From Cyanophora paradoxa CCMP329 (taxonomy: Eukaryota > Plantae > Glaucophyta), in assembly GCA_004431415.1 (NCBI GenBank), contig QPMI01000062.1, forward strand, positions 1 through 64,000: a stretch of DNA of 64,000 nucleotides. The letters run 5' to 3'. The translations under genes were made by a program, and so were the position numbers. Shown piece by piece: positions 40,569-53,010 of the stretch; position 1 is the stretch's first letter; each line of letters opens with the position of its first letter. The notes beneath the pieces are model-generated. The model was not told the origin of the DNA. It worked only from the letters and a program-made list of their open reading frames with translations, and did not search any database.

Positions 40569-42091
40569 ATGTTTCGAATCACGTGCCTGCAAGGGTGCGC
40601 AACCTTTGCTGCGCGTCGGTCGCGCTACGGGGCTGGGGTCGGTTTTGCTGGCGGGCGTTAAGCAACGCTGAGCGGATCCGCCGCTAGCTAGCGAGGAGCG
40701 ACGGCCGCGGCCGGCACGCGCGTCCAATGCGATAGGCAGTTGCTAGCTTTTTGTTCGGACCGCAATCGACCCGCGCGCGTGGGTGGCCGCGAGGGACGCT
40801 GCGCGGCGCGCTCACAGTCCGTCCGCCCTTCGCAGGCTGGTTTGGGTGTTCATCGGCTGGGTGTACACCGTCACCACTATCTATGGCATTATTCACGAAT
40901 TCGGCGTGTCCGTGGTGCGGTCGCGCGCCCCCATCTCTGTGTGTGGCCGGTGTTGACCCTGCCGCCACCGCAGTTCGGCGCCCTGCACTTTATCCTCTAC
41001 ACAGCGCTCTTTGCTCTTATATCTCTGGCATTCGTGCGGTGCTGCTACGCCGACCCGGGCGAGGTGCCGCCAGACACGGGCGTCCCTCTGCGGGACCCCG
41101 AGAGCGGCGACGCGGACGGCGCCACGCGCACTTGCACGAAGTGCCAGCCGCCGCGGATCAAGCCGGCTCGGACGCACCACTGCAGTCACTGCATCAACAG
41201 TTCGGGAACGAAGGGCCGCTGCGTTCTGAAGGTGCGCCGCCACAGCGCGCTCTGTCCTCGCAATGTAGATGGGCGGCGCGCGCGACTGTGCGGGCAGATG
41301 GACCACCACTGCGTGTGGATGGACAACTGCGTGGGGTGGAAGAACCACAAGGCGTTCATCCTGTTCCTGGTGTACGTGACGGTGTGTGAGCGTGGACGCC
41401 GTCTGCAAGGGCGAGCTGCACGGGCTCACCCTCGCCGGCGCCTGCGGCCAGGTGGCGGCGGTGTACAGCTTCGCGCTGCTCGCCTACCGCTTCTCGACCA
41501 TCGTGATGTACATGGGGCCCAGCGAGTTCTCCTCCGCCCCCGCCTCCTTCCTGTCCGCCCTGCCCCCCCCCCCGGCCCCGCCCCCCCGCGCCCCCGCGCC
41601 CCGCCGCCCCCGACGGCCGGCGGCAGGTGGCTGATGGGAGTTGACCTCATGGTTGTGGTGCCGGTGGGGGCGGGGGTGGGGAGCCTGCTCTCCTGGCACT
41701 GCTACCTGATCGCGCGCAACGTGACGACCATCGAGTACCTCGCCGAGGAGGTCAGCCGCCTCGAGGAGGACGGCGGCCGCAAGGACTGGCGCTTCCCCTA
41801 CGGTACCCCCCGCCCTACCCGCCCCGCCTCCCTCGCTGAGGCGCCCGCCCCGCGGGGCAGACGAGGGGAGGGCCAAGAACCTGCGGGAGGTCTTCGGGGA
41901 GGGCCCGTGGTACACCTGGCTCCTCCCCACGCTCGCCCCCGACGTGCCCCTCTCCTACTGGAGCTCCAGGCAGCGAGGTCCGCGCCGCCCCCGCTCCCAT
42001 AGACGGCCGGCCGGCGGTGATCGGGGCGGGCCATGCAGCCGCGCCGGCGGCGCCGCAGCGGACCCCGGGCTCCTACGCGCGTCTCCCCTGA
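40569..42091 (+). CDS. DHHC-type protein S-acyltransferase
   Basis: DPG motif, [53 protein letters not shown] and NLREVFG. First and last exons are less certain. Confidence 0.92.
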
Positions 42092-42329
42092 CGCGCGCCG
42101 CCCCCGGCAGACACCGCGCCGATTCTAGTCGACGACGAAGAGTTCGAGCGCCGATAGCGGCACGCCGGGGCGCGCGCTGCGTGACTCGCTATCGCGCCTT
42201 CCGCATGTACTTTTCACCGCCCCAAACCGAATACCGTATACTTAGGCCTGCGCTGCCCCCTCCCGACCCCCCTTCCCGTAGGCCGTGTCGACCGCCTTCG
42301 ATCACCGAATACTATGCGATGCAGCCGCT

Positions 42330-43133
42330 CTACTGGGAATCAGAGCCCTTCTTGCGCATCTTCTCCGTGCGCTTCCGCTTCCGCTCCTCGTCCTCCGCCA
42401 CCAGCTTGGTCCACTGCTCGTCCGTCAGCTGCTCGTACCTGCGCGCGGGGCCGGGGTCAGTGCGGCATGCGCCCGCGCTCGCGCAAGGGACGGCACCGCT
42501 TGCGGATGACCTCCTCCTCGTACTCGCGGCGCTGGCGGAAGTAGATGAGGTCGCCGCCCGCCCACTTGGTCAGGTAGCTGGCCGTCCAGCCGAAGACGAC
42601 GAACACGGACACCGCCACTTGCGTCCAGATGCCCGCCTGGATCTCGTCCAGGCCCGCCGCCTGCAGGATGTAGTACAGGCCGAAGCCCGCGACCAGTATG
42701 CTACACGAGAGAACGACCACGCCTGTCCGCGTGTCCAGGAAGCCCGCCTCGCCCTCCTGTGCAGGCGCGCGCATCTCAACTGGCGATTCAAGAGCACAGC
42801 AGCCAGGCGCAGACGTGCACGAGGCCGCGCGTGCACCTCCGAAGGCTCGAAGATCCGGCCGGGGGTCGGCTGCTTCGCGGCACTCGGCACGCGGATGGGA
42901 TTCACGCTAGTGGTGGGCTGCTCGGACTGTTCTCCGTCATTGCCGGCCTCCGCGTCGTTCCGGATGTGGAAAGTTCTCCGGCTAACGAGTGCGCGCGGCT
43001 CGGCGTGGCACCGGAACTGCACAGCTGGCCGCCGCAGACTGTGATGTGCGCGCTGGCTAGCTGTGTGCGGAATCACGGGGGCCCGCAGCTGGGCCGGCGT
43101 GCTGAGCGCGACTGTGAATCCGAGCGCGGCCAT
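42330..43133 (-). CDS. Plastid-targeted DUF3007-like membrane protein (cyanobacterial origin)
   Basis: Transit peptide MAALGFTVAL.... Core GFGLYYILQAAGLDEIQAGIWTQV...GWTASYL...YFRQRREYEEEVIRKRYEQLT matches my recollection of the cyanobacterial DUF3007 pattern. Confidence 0.8.
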
Positions 43134-43384
43134 GCTGCGAAAGCGTGTCAGCGAGTCGCGCTAGCGCAGCGGCACCGGCGGGCGCCGCACCTGCGACGAC
43201 TTCTGCCGCGAAGTTCTGCGCGACGACGGGTACGGGATTGAGAAAGTTGCACCAAAAGCGAAATCACTGCGGATCAGCGTGAAGGCATCCCAACCACTTG
43301 CTCGGCACCGGGATGCAGTGTAGCTAGCGCGAGAAGGCAGAGGACGGCAGCCCAGAGAGCGCGTTTAGCTCTCGGCTCGCCCCT

Positions 43385-46300
43385 ATGGCGGGGCACGTGG
43401 ATGCGTTCCTGGCGCTCAAGCGGGCCGGCGCAACGCAGCTTCCCCGCATTGGGACCGCCAACTTCGTCTTGCCGCCCGCACCGGACCCCGCGCAGAAACA
43501 TGTGCCTGGTGCGCACAAGCTGCCTCGCCTAGCTATTCTAGCACCCGTACTGCACCTGGCTAGGTGGAGTGCTTTAGCTGTGCACCGTGGACCTGGCTGC
43601 TGCCAAAGCCCGCCGGCGCCCAATGGGCCTTCCTCTGATCCACTCCTCCCCGTGCGCAGCGCTCGCCCGCAAGGGGATGGGGAGGGTGGCGAGCAACAAG
43701 GACGTCTCGGGCGACGAGATGGGGCCCGGCCACGGCCTGACGAGGCAACACTCGACGCCCTCGCCGGACATGCTCGGGCGGCAGTCGCCCACCAAGCGGC
43801 CGCCGCACCCGCGCAGGGCCTCCGGGCACGAGTCGCCGGACGCCGCGGGGCTGAGGCGGCAGCGCTCCTTTGACGCCGGAATGCTGCGCCTCCCGAAGCG
43901 GGACATCAGCAGCCTGCAGGACCGCCCGGGGCACGGCCTCATCTCGCGGACGCCGCCGCCGGGGCTTCCGGGCCCCGCGGTGCTCGAGGGGAGCGGGTCG
44001 GAGGAGGAGGAGGACTCCGGGGGCGAGGGGGCGTCGGGCCCCGAGGGGGAGGCGGTGGCAGCGGTGGACCTCTCCGTGGCGAACTGGATCCAGCGCGCGA
44101 TGGGCGCCTTCGACAAGCGCGTGCCGGCCAACCGCCGCGACGTCATGCTCCTCGAGAACTGGATGCGCGAGCAGCTCAGCCGCGTCGAGCTCATCGGGGA
44201 CGACGAGCGTGCGCCCCGCCCCGCCGCCCCGCCCCGCCCCGCCCCGGACTCAGCCTGCGGGGCAGGGCTGGCGCAGCAGGCGCACGCGGTGTACTCGGCG
44301 TGCATGGCGGAGATCGCGAAGCAGGTCGGGGTGCAGTGCGTCGAGCGCGGCGCCCTCCTGGAGTCCGTGTGGAAGAACTACACCGAGATGGCGCGCCCGG
44401 GCCCGCCCCGCGCCTCCCCGGCGGGGCCTGACGGGGCGCGCGGGGCAGGTGTCGAGGACGCAGGGGGCGCAGCTGGAGCGGGTGCGGCGGGGGGCGGCGG
44501 CGGAGGTGGCGGCGATGCAGGCGGCGCACCGGACGGAGATGGCGCAGACGCGCGCCCGCTACGAGCAGGAGCTCGCCGACCTGGCGCGCCCCGCCCCGCC
44601 CCGCTCGCGGCGCCCCCTCCCAGGGGCGGCTCTGAGGCGGGGCGCAGCGGGAGAGGGACGGGGAGCGGATCCGGGACCTGGAGCACATGGCGCGGGACCT
44701 GCAGACGGCGGCGGCCTCGCGGGCGGCGCGGATCGAGGCGCTGCAGGGCGAGCTCGAGCGGACGCGGCAGGAGCTGGAGCAGGCCTCGGCGGACAAGCGC
44801 TGGCTCGAGTCCGAGAACGGCGAGCTCAAGGCCCGCTTCGACGCGGAGAACGAGGAGGTCGACGCCCAGGCGACGATCTCCGTCGCCGAGCGCCGCGAGC
44901 GCGCGCTGCTGGAGGAGCGCCTCGGGGCGGCCGGGCGCGAGCTGGCGGCGGCGCGCGTGGAGCTGCGGCGGCAGGAGCGGCACGCGGGGGCGGTGCGGGA
45001 GCGGGCGGTGGAGGCGGTGACGGCGCTGCAGGCGCAGGCGGCGCGCAGCCGGGACGAGCTCGCCGAGCTGAAGAACAGGAGCGCGCACGAGCGCCTCGTC
45101 CTCGCCCGCGCCGTCCGCGAGGTCCGCCCGCCTCCGCCCTCGCCGCTTCGCTTCGCTCGGCCCGCCCGAGCCCCCCGCCCTCGCCCGCGCAGATGGTGGA
45201 GGCGGCCGAGCGCGGCCTCAAGCGGCCGGACGCGAAGAAGAAGTGGGCCGCGGGGCGCGCCAAGGTCGCCGAGGTGCTGGGCCTGCAGCTCCCCACGGCG
45301 GCGGCGCGGGCCGGGGCCCAGACGACGAACCGGCCGGACTTCGCGGCGGAGAGCTCGCGCTCGATGCTGGTGCCCGCGGAGAGCTCGCGGACGCTGCGGG
45401 CGGGGCTCGAGTCGGCGCGCTCGACGGCGACGGGCCTCGGGCAGGACGACGCCTCGACGGAGCGGACGACGGCGCCCAGCACGGGCCGCCGCCTCGCCAA
45501 GGCCAAGAGCGGGCGCTGGGGCCCCGCGGGGAAGAGCCCCTCCAAGGCCACCGTCACCAGCGCCGGCGAGCCCGAGAAGGAGGAGGCGACGTCGCGCTCG
45601 CGCACGCCCGAGCCTGGCGCCGAGGGCGGGGAGCGGGAGCGGGAGCGGGAGGAGGGGACGCCCTCGCTGGCGTCGGCCTCGATGGCGCGCACGGCGTCCA
45701 GCGTGGGGGGCTTCGGCTTCGGGGCCTCCCCCTCCTTCGCCGTCTCCGTCTCCGAGGGCCTGCCCCCCGTGCCCCCGACCCCGGGCTCCGACGCCCCCTC
45801 CGGCTCCCTCGCCGCCACCCCCGCCCCGGGCGCCTCCGCCCCGCCCAGCCCCACCCGCGGGCCCGACCGCAGCGACATGGCCGTCGAGGCGCTGATGGCG
45901 GCCCTGGGGCAGCGGGCGGCCCCGCGCGGGGGTCCCTTCCGCAGCCCCGTGCGCACCCTCCACGAGCACCTCGAGCCGCCGCCGCCCCTAGGCGCCCCGC
46001 TCCCGCCCCCCTCGGGCGCCGCCACGCCGCCCAGCGCCCCCACGCCGACGGTCGACGGGGTGCCCATCGCGGCGGCCCCGCCCGACTCGGCGGCGTCCGG
46101 GGCGGCGGGCCCCGCGGCGCTGGAGGCCGGGGCGAGCTACCGGTCGATGGCGAGCTCGCGGCGGGGCTCGCAGGGCGCCATGTGGGCCCCGCCACCCTCG
46201 TCGACCGCGCCGTCCAGACCGAGGCCGACGAGGCCGACGGCGACCCCGAGGCCGCCCACGGCCCCGGCCCCGCGCCCGCGCCCGAAGCCTCGCGCCCCCG

Positions 46301-47976
46301 GCACCGCCGCCGGCGCGAGCCGCTCGGGGCCGCCTCGCCGGCGCCGAGCGCGCGGGCGGGGCCGTGGCCGGGGCCGGGCGTGGGGGTGCCCGGGACGGGG
46401 AGCTGCTGGAGCGGGCCTCGGGGCGGGCCTGCGGGCGCTGCTGGAGGCCGGCCTGCGCGGCGACGGGGCGGTCGCCTCGGCGGGGCGCCCCCGCCCCAAG
46501 AAGGCCACCATGAAGACCATCTACGCCGTCTACGCCGAGAAGCTCGGTCCGCCCGCCCCCTCGCCCCTCTTCCCGAGGCGGGGCGGGGCCGACTGGGGCG
46601 GGGGCAGCGGCGGACGCGGTGGAGGACGTGAGCGGGCGGCCGCGGGCGTCGCTGCGGGACTTCCTCTGCGACTGGCTCGCCTCGACGTACACGTCGCGGC
46701 CGCTCGCGCAGACGGCCCTCCTCGACCTTCTCGCCTCCCTGCGGCCCCTCGCCCGCGCCGGCGAGGAGCGCCCCCGCGCCTTCCTCCGCTTCCTCGCCGC
46801 CCGCGACGCCCCCGCGTCAAACCCCTCCCCGTCCCCCGGCGGCCGCAGCGCCCGCGGCGGGGTGCTGCCGGCGCCGGGGGCGGCGGCGGGGGCGGCGGAC
46901 ACGCTGGCGCTCTTCCTCTTCGGGTTCCAGGTGGCGCTGCGGGCGATGCCGGGGCGCAAGCTCGCGCCCCTCCTCAACGCCCCGGACAACGCCTCCACCG
47001 TCGCCGTCGACACCGCGCACGAGATCGCCACCTCCGCCCTCCCGCGCCTCCCCAGCGAGGCCCGCCACCGGCTGGCGGACCAGATCGACGCCCTCGCCGG
47101 CTCGACGGGGCGCGCCGACCTCGACGCCGTCCTCGCCCGCGTCATCGACGAGTACTCCCTGCGGGAGGCGCCGCGCCTCACGGCCGCCGCCCTCGCCGCC
47201 TTCCCCGAGGCGGCGCCGCTGAGCCCCGGGCGGCGGCGCCCGGCCGCCCTCCCGGTCGCGGCCTTCGCGGAGCTGGCGGGGCGCCTCGGGGTCCTCCCCG
47301 AGGGGCCCCCCGGGGAGGAGGCGGCGCGCCGCGCCTTCCGCTTCGCCGCGGCGGCCCTCGGCGAGCGCAACGAGATCGGCTTCGAGGGGACCCTCCTCGC
47401 CCTCCGCCGCCTCGCCTACCCCTGGTACCCCGCCAACAACGCCCGCCTCGCCCTCGCCGCCGCCGCCGCCGCCCCCCCGCCGGCTCTGGCGCAGCCCTCC
47501 TTCAGCGTCCGCCACTTGCCCCCCGCCTCGCCCTCCGGCGTCTTCCTGCCGCCAGCCGCCGCCCCCGCCGGCGGCCCTTCCCTCTCGCGCCTCCCGCCGG
47601 GGATCGCGGCCCCGGCGCCCCCCGTCCCGATTGCCTCGCCCTCCCTCTCGGGTTTCCGCCTCTCCCTGCCCCCCGACGAGAGCGTACCCCTCTCCCTCCT
47701 CCTCTCCTCCCCCCCCGACGCCCCTCCCCGCCCCCGCCCGCCGCCGGCCCACGAGGAGCCGCTCGCCGCCGTGCCCGAGGAGGCGCCGGCCGCGCCGGTG
47801 GCGGGGGCGGGGCGGGGCGGGTGCCCGTGGCGCTGGCGGCCTCGAGCCTGCGGCGCTCGCAGTCGCACTTCCTCACGGCGGCGGTCTTCGCGAGCCGGGA
47901 GGCGGCGGAGGCGGCGAGCGACGCGGAGGCCCTCGCCGGCGCCCCCGGCGACGACGACGAGCCCCTCGACGACTGA
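43385..47976 (+). CDS. Large coiled-coil protein with an axonemal dynein light chain (p28)-like domain, probably flagellar
   Basis: PANRRDVMLLENWM and YSACMAEIAKQVGVQCVERGALL resemble the p28/AXDND1 motif. A coiled coil follows, then a helical block TIYAVYAEKL..AD..ED...SLRDFLCDWL. Start uncertain (43385 or 43623). Confidence 0.6.
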
Positions 47977-48370
47977 TGCGCCCCGGGCCCCGCCGGCGCC
48001 CCTAGATCTCGATACACCTAGTACTAGTCGGGCGTGCGCGCGCGCCCCTGTATGTAAATGCTAACGTAAGACGCCTCCCGTTCGAGCGCCGCCGGGCTGC
48101 TCCCGTGCCGCGTGCCGCGATACGACGAAATACGCTTGAAGATACCAACCCATATGTACCTAGATAAAAGGCAGAAATAGAACGCTGGGGCTGGGGTGAG
48201 GGTGTCGGTGGCCGGTGGGATGGGAAGGGTCGGGGCGGGGGGGGGGCGTCGGGGAGCAAAGGCGGCGCGGCGAGCGGTGTGGACGAGGAGGGGCGAGCGG
48301 AAGGGAAAGAAAGAGGGAGGGAAGCGGGGCGGGGTGGCGGGGGCGGGGGGAGGGCGGGGAGGGGCGGGCG

Positions 48371-49574
48371 CTATCGGGGGCCGAGGCAGGCGAGGACCGC
48401 GTGCACTGCCGCCCGACCCCGGCCGGCGTCAGTCGGGCCGGCGGGCGGCGGGCCCGGCCGGGCCCGGCTGGGCGGGCGCGGAGGGGGAGGGGGGTGCGCA
48501 CGGCGCTCGAGGAGGCGGGCGGCGGAGGCGACGGCGGCGGCGGTCGATGCGGCCGCGATGCTCTTCCTGCACACCACCACCAGCACCCTGCGCCCCGCTC
48601 GGCCCGGCGCGAGGGGGCGGGGCGGGGGCGGGGGCGGGCGCGCCCGCAGGCGATGCGGCGGAGGAGGGTGCGGGCGCGGTCCCCCTCCAGGGTCACGACT
48701 GCGGCTCGTCCCCGCACGCCTCCACTGCCCCGCCCGCCGCGTCAGAGGCGGGGCCGGGCGGGGCGGGGCGGGCGGGGCGGGGCGGGGCGGGCGGCGGGCG
48801 CACTGGCTTCGGCGGCGAGGTCGAGGAGGGCGCGGACGTTGGAGGCGACGGCCTGCGGGTCCACCAGCGCCGTCGCCTGCGCGCTCCAGTCCCGCCCACG
48901 AACACCGCCAGCTGCACGCCCCGGTGCCCGCTCACTGCGCCCCGCGCGGGACCCCTCAGCGCGGCCCGCGGGGCGCGGCGGGGCGCGGGGCGGGGGCGGG
49001 GCGCGCGGTTGTCGAGGATGGGCTTGACGGCGCCGCGGAGGACCCCCGGGATCTGCGCGGGGGTGAGGCGGGCGGGAGGGCGCCGCGCGGAGGGCGCGCC
49101 TTGGCGTGGAAGCCCTCAAAGTCGCGGAGGTTGAGGTGCCGGACCTCCAGGTCCTTCCCGTGCTCCGCGACGAACGAGCGCACGAGCTCGTTCGCGATGA
49201 GCCGCCCGAAGTCGGGGCCCTGCGCGCCTCGCGTCGGCGGCAGCTTTGCGCGTGGGGCGGGCGCCGCACGTCGTCCACGTCGTGGAACAGGGCGCAGGTG
49301 GCGCGGTACTCGTCCGAGGTTACGATGGAGACCGCAACCTTCTCCAGCTCGATGTAGGCGACCGGGAGGCCCACGCTTTGGATCGCGAACTCGGTCATCA
49401 CTGTGAGCAGCGGGCCCACGAGCCGCGAGGGCTGCCCAGCTGGCGTTAGCCAAGCTCGACGCGAGGAGAGCGGAGGCGCCACACCTGCCCGTTTCCAGTG
49501 AAATCCTTCTGGAAGACAACGAGGCCGCTCGAGGAGATGATCATGAACGAGCGCAAGGATCGCATCGTGTTCAT
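48371..49574 (-). CDS. Longin-like plus roadblock-like two-domain protein
   Basis: Starts MNTMRSLRSFMIISSSGLVVFQKDF (longin beta1-beta2 pattern) and continues LIANELVRSFVAEHG. The second half LSGHRGVQLAVFV...VLVVVCRK has a roadblock-like pattern. Two apparent 1-nt indels. Confidence 0.6.
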
Positions 49575-49921
49575 CGTGCCCGGGCGAGCCTCCCGGGCTG
49601 CTGCCCGCCGCTCAGGAACCCGGAGTCAATGCTGGAGCGAAGCTAGACGGCCTCCTGCAGCTCCGCCGCATCGCGCGGCCTCCGCGAGGGCGGCGAGGCG
49701 TGCGCGGGAGACTCGACCTGTAACGAACTCTTTCACCGCTTCGCAACAGAGCTCGTTTCGCCAGATATCGATGCAGGCCGGCGCCTCTCTGAGCCAACCG
49801 TTGAGCCGGCGAACGAAGTGCACTCTACCCGGCAAGGCCCTTCTTAAAGGCTTCTTTCAATGCGGCGTTGAACGCGATCGGCAGCCCTCTACAGGATCGC
49901 GCTCGGCCAAGCGCTAGCGGA

Positions 49922-52211
49922 ATGCGCCCGGAAAAGCGAGCGCGCGTCGCAGGGACGCTTGTTCAAGCGGCAGCGGGATCGGCGCCGGTAACCGGGCATA
50001 CGCCGGCGGTTTTCGATGTGCTGCCAGACGCGGTGATGAGCGACGTGTTCAACGCGCTCGGGCTGCGTGCGAGCTGGCCCCTGCGCGCCGTGTGCAGGTC
50101 CGCAGGTCCGCAGGTCCGTCCGCGCGCTGCTTTCGTGACGAGGGTGTTGTGTTGCAGGCGGTGGCGGCGAGTGGTCGAGGAGACTGAGTGGGCCGTCGTC
50201 GAGCTGCGGCTCAAGGGCGGGGAGGTTTCGAGCGCGGCCGGCCATTCGGAGAGCAAGAGGAGCGCCGAGCATGTGTGTGGTGCACTATCCGCGCTCTTCG
50301 ATCGCAAGACTGGAAAGCTGCGGCTCGGCAATGGCGCCAGCGTCACAATCAAATCCGAGTTTTGTCACTTCAGAGGGATGTGCGCTGCCGCAGCGAAACA
50401 GAGCCACAGGAGCACTGTAGATTCGGCTTGCAGCCTCCTCTCAGCTATTGCCTGCGCCAACAGCGGTCCGCCGCAGCCTCGGGCAGTGACAGTCGAACTA
50501 CTCGGAGGCTCGGTAGATCTCAGCGCATACAGCGAAAGCGATGAACGCTTCATTACGTGGTACCTGCTCAGCGTGCTGTGGGCTCTGCGCCCCTTGGATG
50601 GAGCTTCGAGCGATCTGGGGGGCCTCAGCGTCGGCCTCACGGGCAGACGGCGCGCGCGCCAGAGCCCCAGCTTTGGCCTCGCGGGGAGACCGCCGGCGTT
50701 TGTCTGGCCGCCGCACGACGCGCTGCGAGCCGCCCTCGCCCCGTTCGGCAAGCTACAGACCCTCAATCTCTCCTTCGGTCCATCTGCGGGAGTCGCCCCC
50801 AAGGCGGCAGCCGCCATCGCCGCCGCCTGCCCCCATCCTCCGCTCCCTCCGCATCCGCCCCGAGTTGGCTCTCGCGGTGCTGGCGGCCCTCGCGCCGCTG
50901 GCCCGCCTCGAGGAGCTGGCCCTCGAAGTCGACAGCGCGTTCTGCAGCGCGGACGCCGTCGCCGGCGGCCTGTGGGCCCTCGCCGTCGTCGCCGCGGACG
51001 GGCTGCACGAGTCCATGCAACTCCCTGCCCCCTCCTCCTCCCCGCGCCGCTGTCGGCACTGCCACCGACCCCCACCTCCGCCTGCGAGCGCAGGGAGGGT
51101 CAGTTCCCAGCCCCGAATGCAGGCGCCGACCCCCCGACCATCGTCCTCGTCGAGATACCCGAGCCCCTGCAGGTTCCCGGCGAGAGCACCGGCCCCGCCC
51201 CTCCCCGCCCGCGCCGACGGCCCCCGTGCCCGTACCGCAGCGGAGTCTCGACACCGCCGTCCTCGCCCCCGTCTCCCCCGTCAAGCTGCACTTCAACTGT
51301 GCGCCAGCCGCGCACGCGGACGCGTGCACCTCGCAATCGGCGCTCATGGGCGGGGCAGGCCACGCGGCGCGCCCCGAGGATGCGGCGGTCTTCCTGGGGA
51401 GCAGACTCGCGCGGGAGGCCCTCGCCGGCCTCCGCCTCCGTATCGACTTGGACGAGGAGCCGGACAGCCCGCGCCTCTTCTCCGACGCCCTCGCCGCCCT
51501 GCCCCCCGGGGCGACGCTCAAGCTCGCCTGGCGCGGTGCGCCGCCCGCGGCGCGCCGACCTCTCCGCGCGCTCCGCTCGTCTCACCGCTGCCGCCGCGCG
51601 CAGAGTCCAAGGGGTACGCCTCCCCACGGGCCCTCGGATGCGGGCGGCGAGCTTCACCCTCTTCCTGGAGACCCCGGGCGTGAGGCGCGCCCTCGCGGAG
51701 CTCGACGTGAGCGTGGGCAGGCCCCTGAAGGAGGCCGAGGCGAAGGCGATCCTGGCGCTGCCCGCCCTCCGCCGCCTCCGCGTGGGCACGCAGATCCGCC
51801 CGCCCTCCTCCGCCAGAGAGGACCCCGATCCCGACTGGGTGAACGACGCCGTGCACCCCTTCGAGGTGCCCCCCCCTCTCGGACCCCCGCCCTGCCGGCC
51901 CCGCCCCTCGCGATCGCGCCCCGCCCGAGCGCGAGGCCGCGGGCGGGCGCCGGCAGGTGCTGGCGGGCCTGCGGCCTGAGGTGGCCGTCAGCGTCGACCT
52001 CGCGCGGGAGGGCTACGAGTTCGACGGCCGCGGGCCCTTCGACACGGAGCGGCGGTGGCGCGAGGGCAGCGACGGCGGCTCCGGCTCCGGCTCCGGGTTC
52101 GAGTTCGAGGGGGACGCGGAGGCGGCCGCGCACACGCGCCTCTTCGAGTGCGCCAAGTGCGCCATCGAGGGGGCCTTCCGGGGGCGGCCCCCGTGGGGGC
52201 CCCGCGGGTGA
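49922..52211 (+). CDS. F-box protein with an LRR-like C-terminal region
   Basis: F-box motif FDVLPDAVMSDVFNALG....LRAVCRRWRRV, plus LxxLxL segments (LQTLNLSF, LEELALEV, LRRLRV). Apparent indel near 50832. Confidence 0.8.
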
Positions 52212-52494
52212 TGTAGTCGCGCAGTGTCGCCCAACTCCTCCCTATCCAGCCGCCCTGCAGCTTTAGCTTGCCCCCGCACCAGCTCTTTTTTCCAGCCGCC
52301 CCTATCCAGCCCCTCCGCAGCTTGCTCCTGCTCCTGCTCTTGTTCCGGATCCACCTGTCTAGATTTCCTGTGCATGTGCTACCCGGATTCTCTCCCCAAA
52401 CTAACATCAGTCAATTCGCCAAGTTGCCAAAAGTTGCGATTGCAAATTCAATTCCACATCGTCAAACTTAGATCCATGATCGATATCTAAATAC

Positions 52495-53010
52495 AGATGC
52501 CAGCCTGGCAGTGATGCAGGCTAAACCAGCATGGCAGGCCCCCTGAGCCTCATGATTCAACCTGTGGTCATGATCACCGGGTCACACTGTGACTCAGTGA
52601 CACTGTGACAGATGTGTAACTTTGGAAAGGAGTAGGCGCGGCGAGCTCGATCGAGCTTCGGATCATCGGATCCGAGGCCCCTGAGGCCCGGCGGCCCGGA
52701 TCCGGAGGATCGGATGCCTCGGATGTGTACATGTATACGTAGGGCCCGCGGCCGGGGTCCCGGCCCGGCCCACTGGGCCAGTCACACTACCAGCCTGGCA
52801 GGCCCGCAGGGCTCATGATCAGCGCGCTGCTGTCACACTGTGACAGTCACTGAGTGTCTTGGAGCCTCCAGCCACGGGAGGGACCAGCCTGGCAGGAGCC
52901 ACTGCCAAGCTTTGAAGCTCCGACCCCGGCCCTCAGGGCCTGATCATGATCATCGAATCATGAGTCACTGAATAAGCCAGCTGCAGTTCTAGCCTTCATC
53001 ATGGCATTTC
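52495..53010. repeat. Palindrome-rich imperfect direct-repeat island with CpG-poor flanks
   Basis: CCAGC(C/A)TGGCA occurs at about 52500, 52526, 52790 and 52884. GTCACACTGTGAC occurs twice. Many perfect palindromes, including AGCTCGATCGAGCT, TCGGATCCGA, CCGGATCCGG and TGATCATGATCA. Confidence 0.7.

Noticed and set aside
48877-48899. Possible 23-nt GT-AG mini-intron repairing the longin-gene frame
   Set aside because: It is far shorter than every other intron here and has no branch motif. A 1-nt indel explains the frame equally well.
16005-50835. Apparent frameshifts (~16020, ~24263, ~48700, ~48892, ~50832) suggesting programmed frameshifting or pseudogenes
   Set aside because: Most are single-base indels in or beside C/G runs within otherwise intact genes, with no slippery heptamer. 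Assembly error is the simplest explanation, which read mapping would settle.
52933-53003. ATGATGA...CTGA on the minus strand resembling a second C/D snoRNA
   Set aside because: It lies in a TGA/TCA-saturated repeat and has no convincing terminal stem or recognisable rRNA guide.
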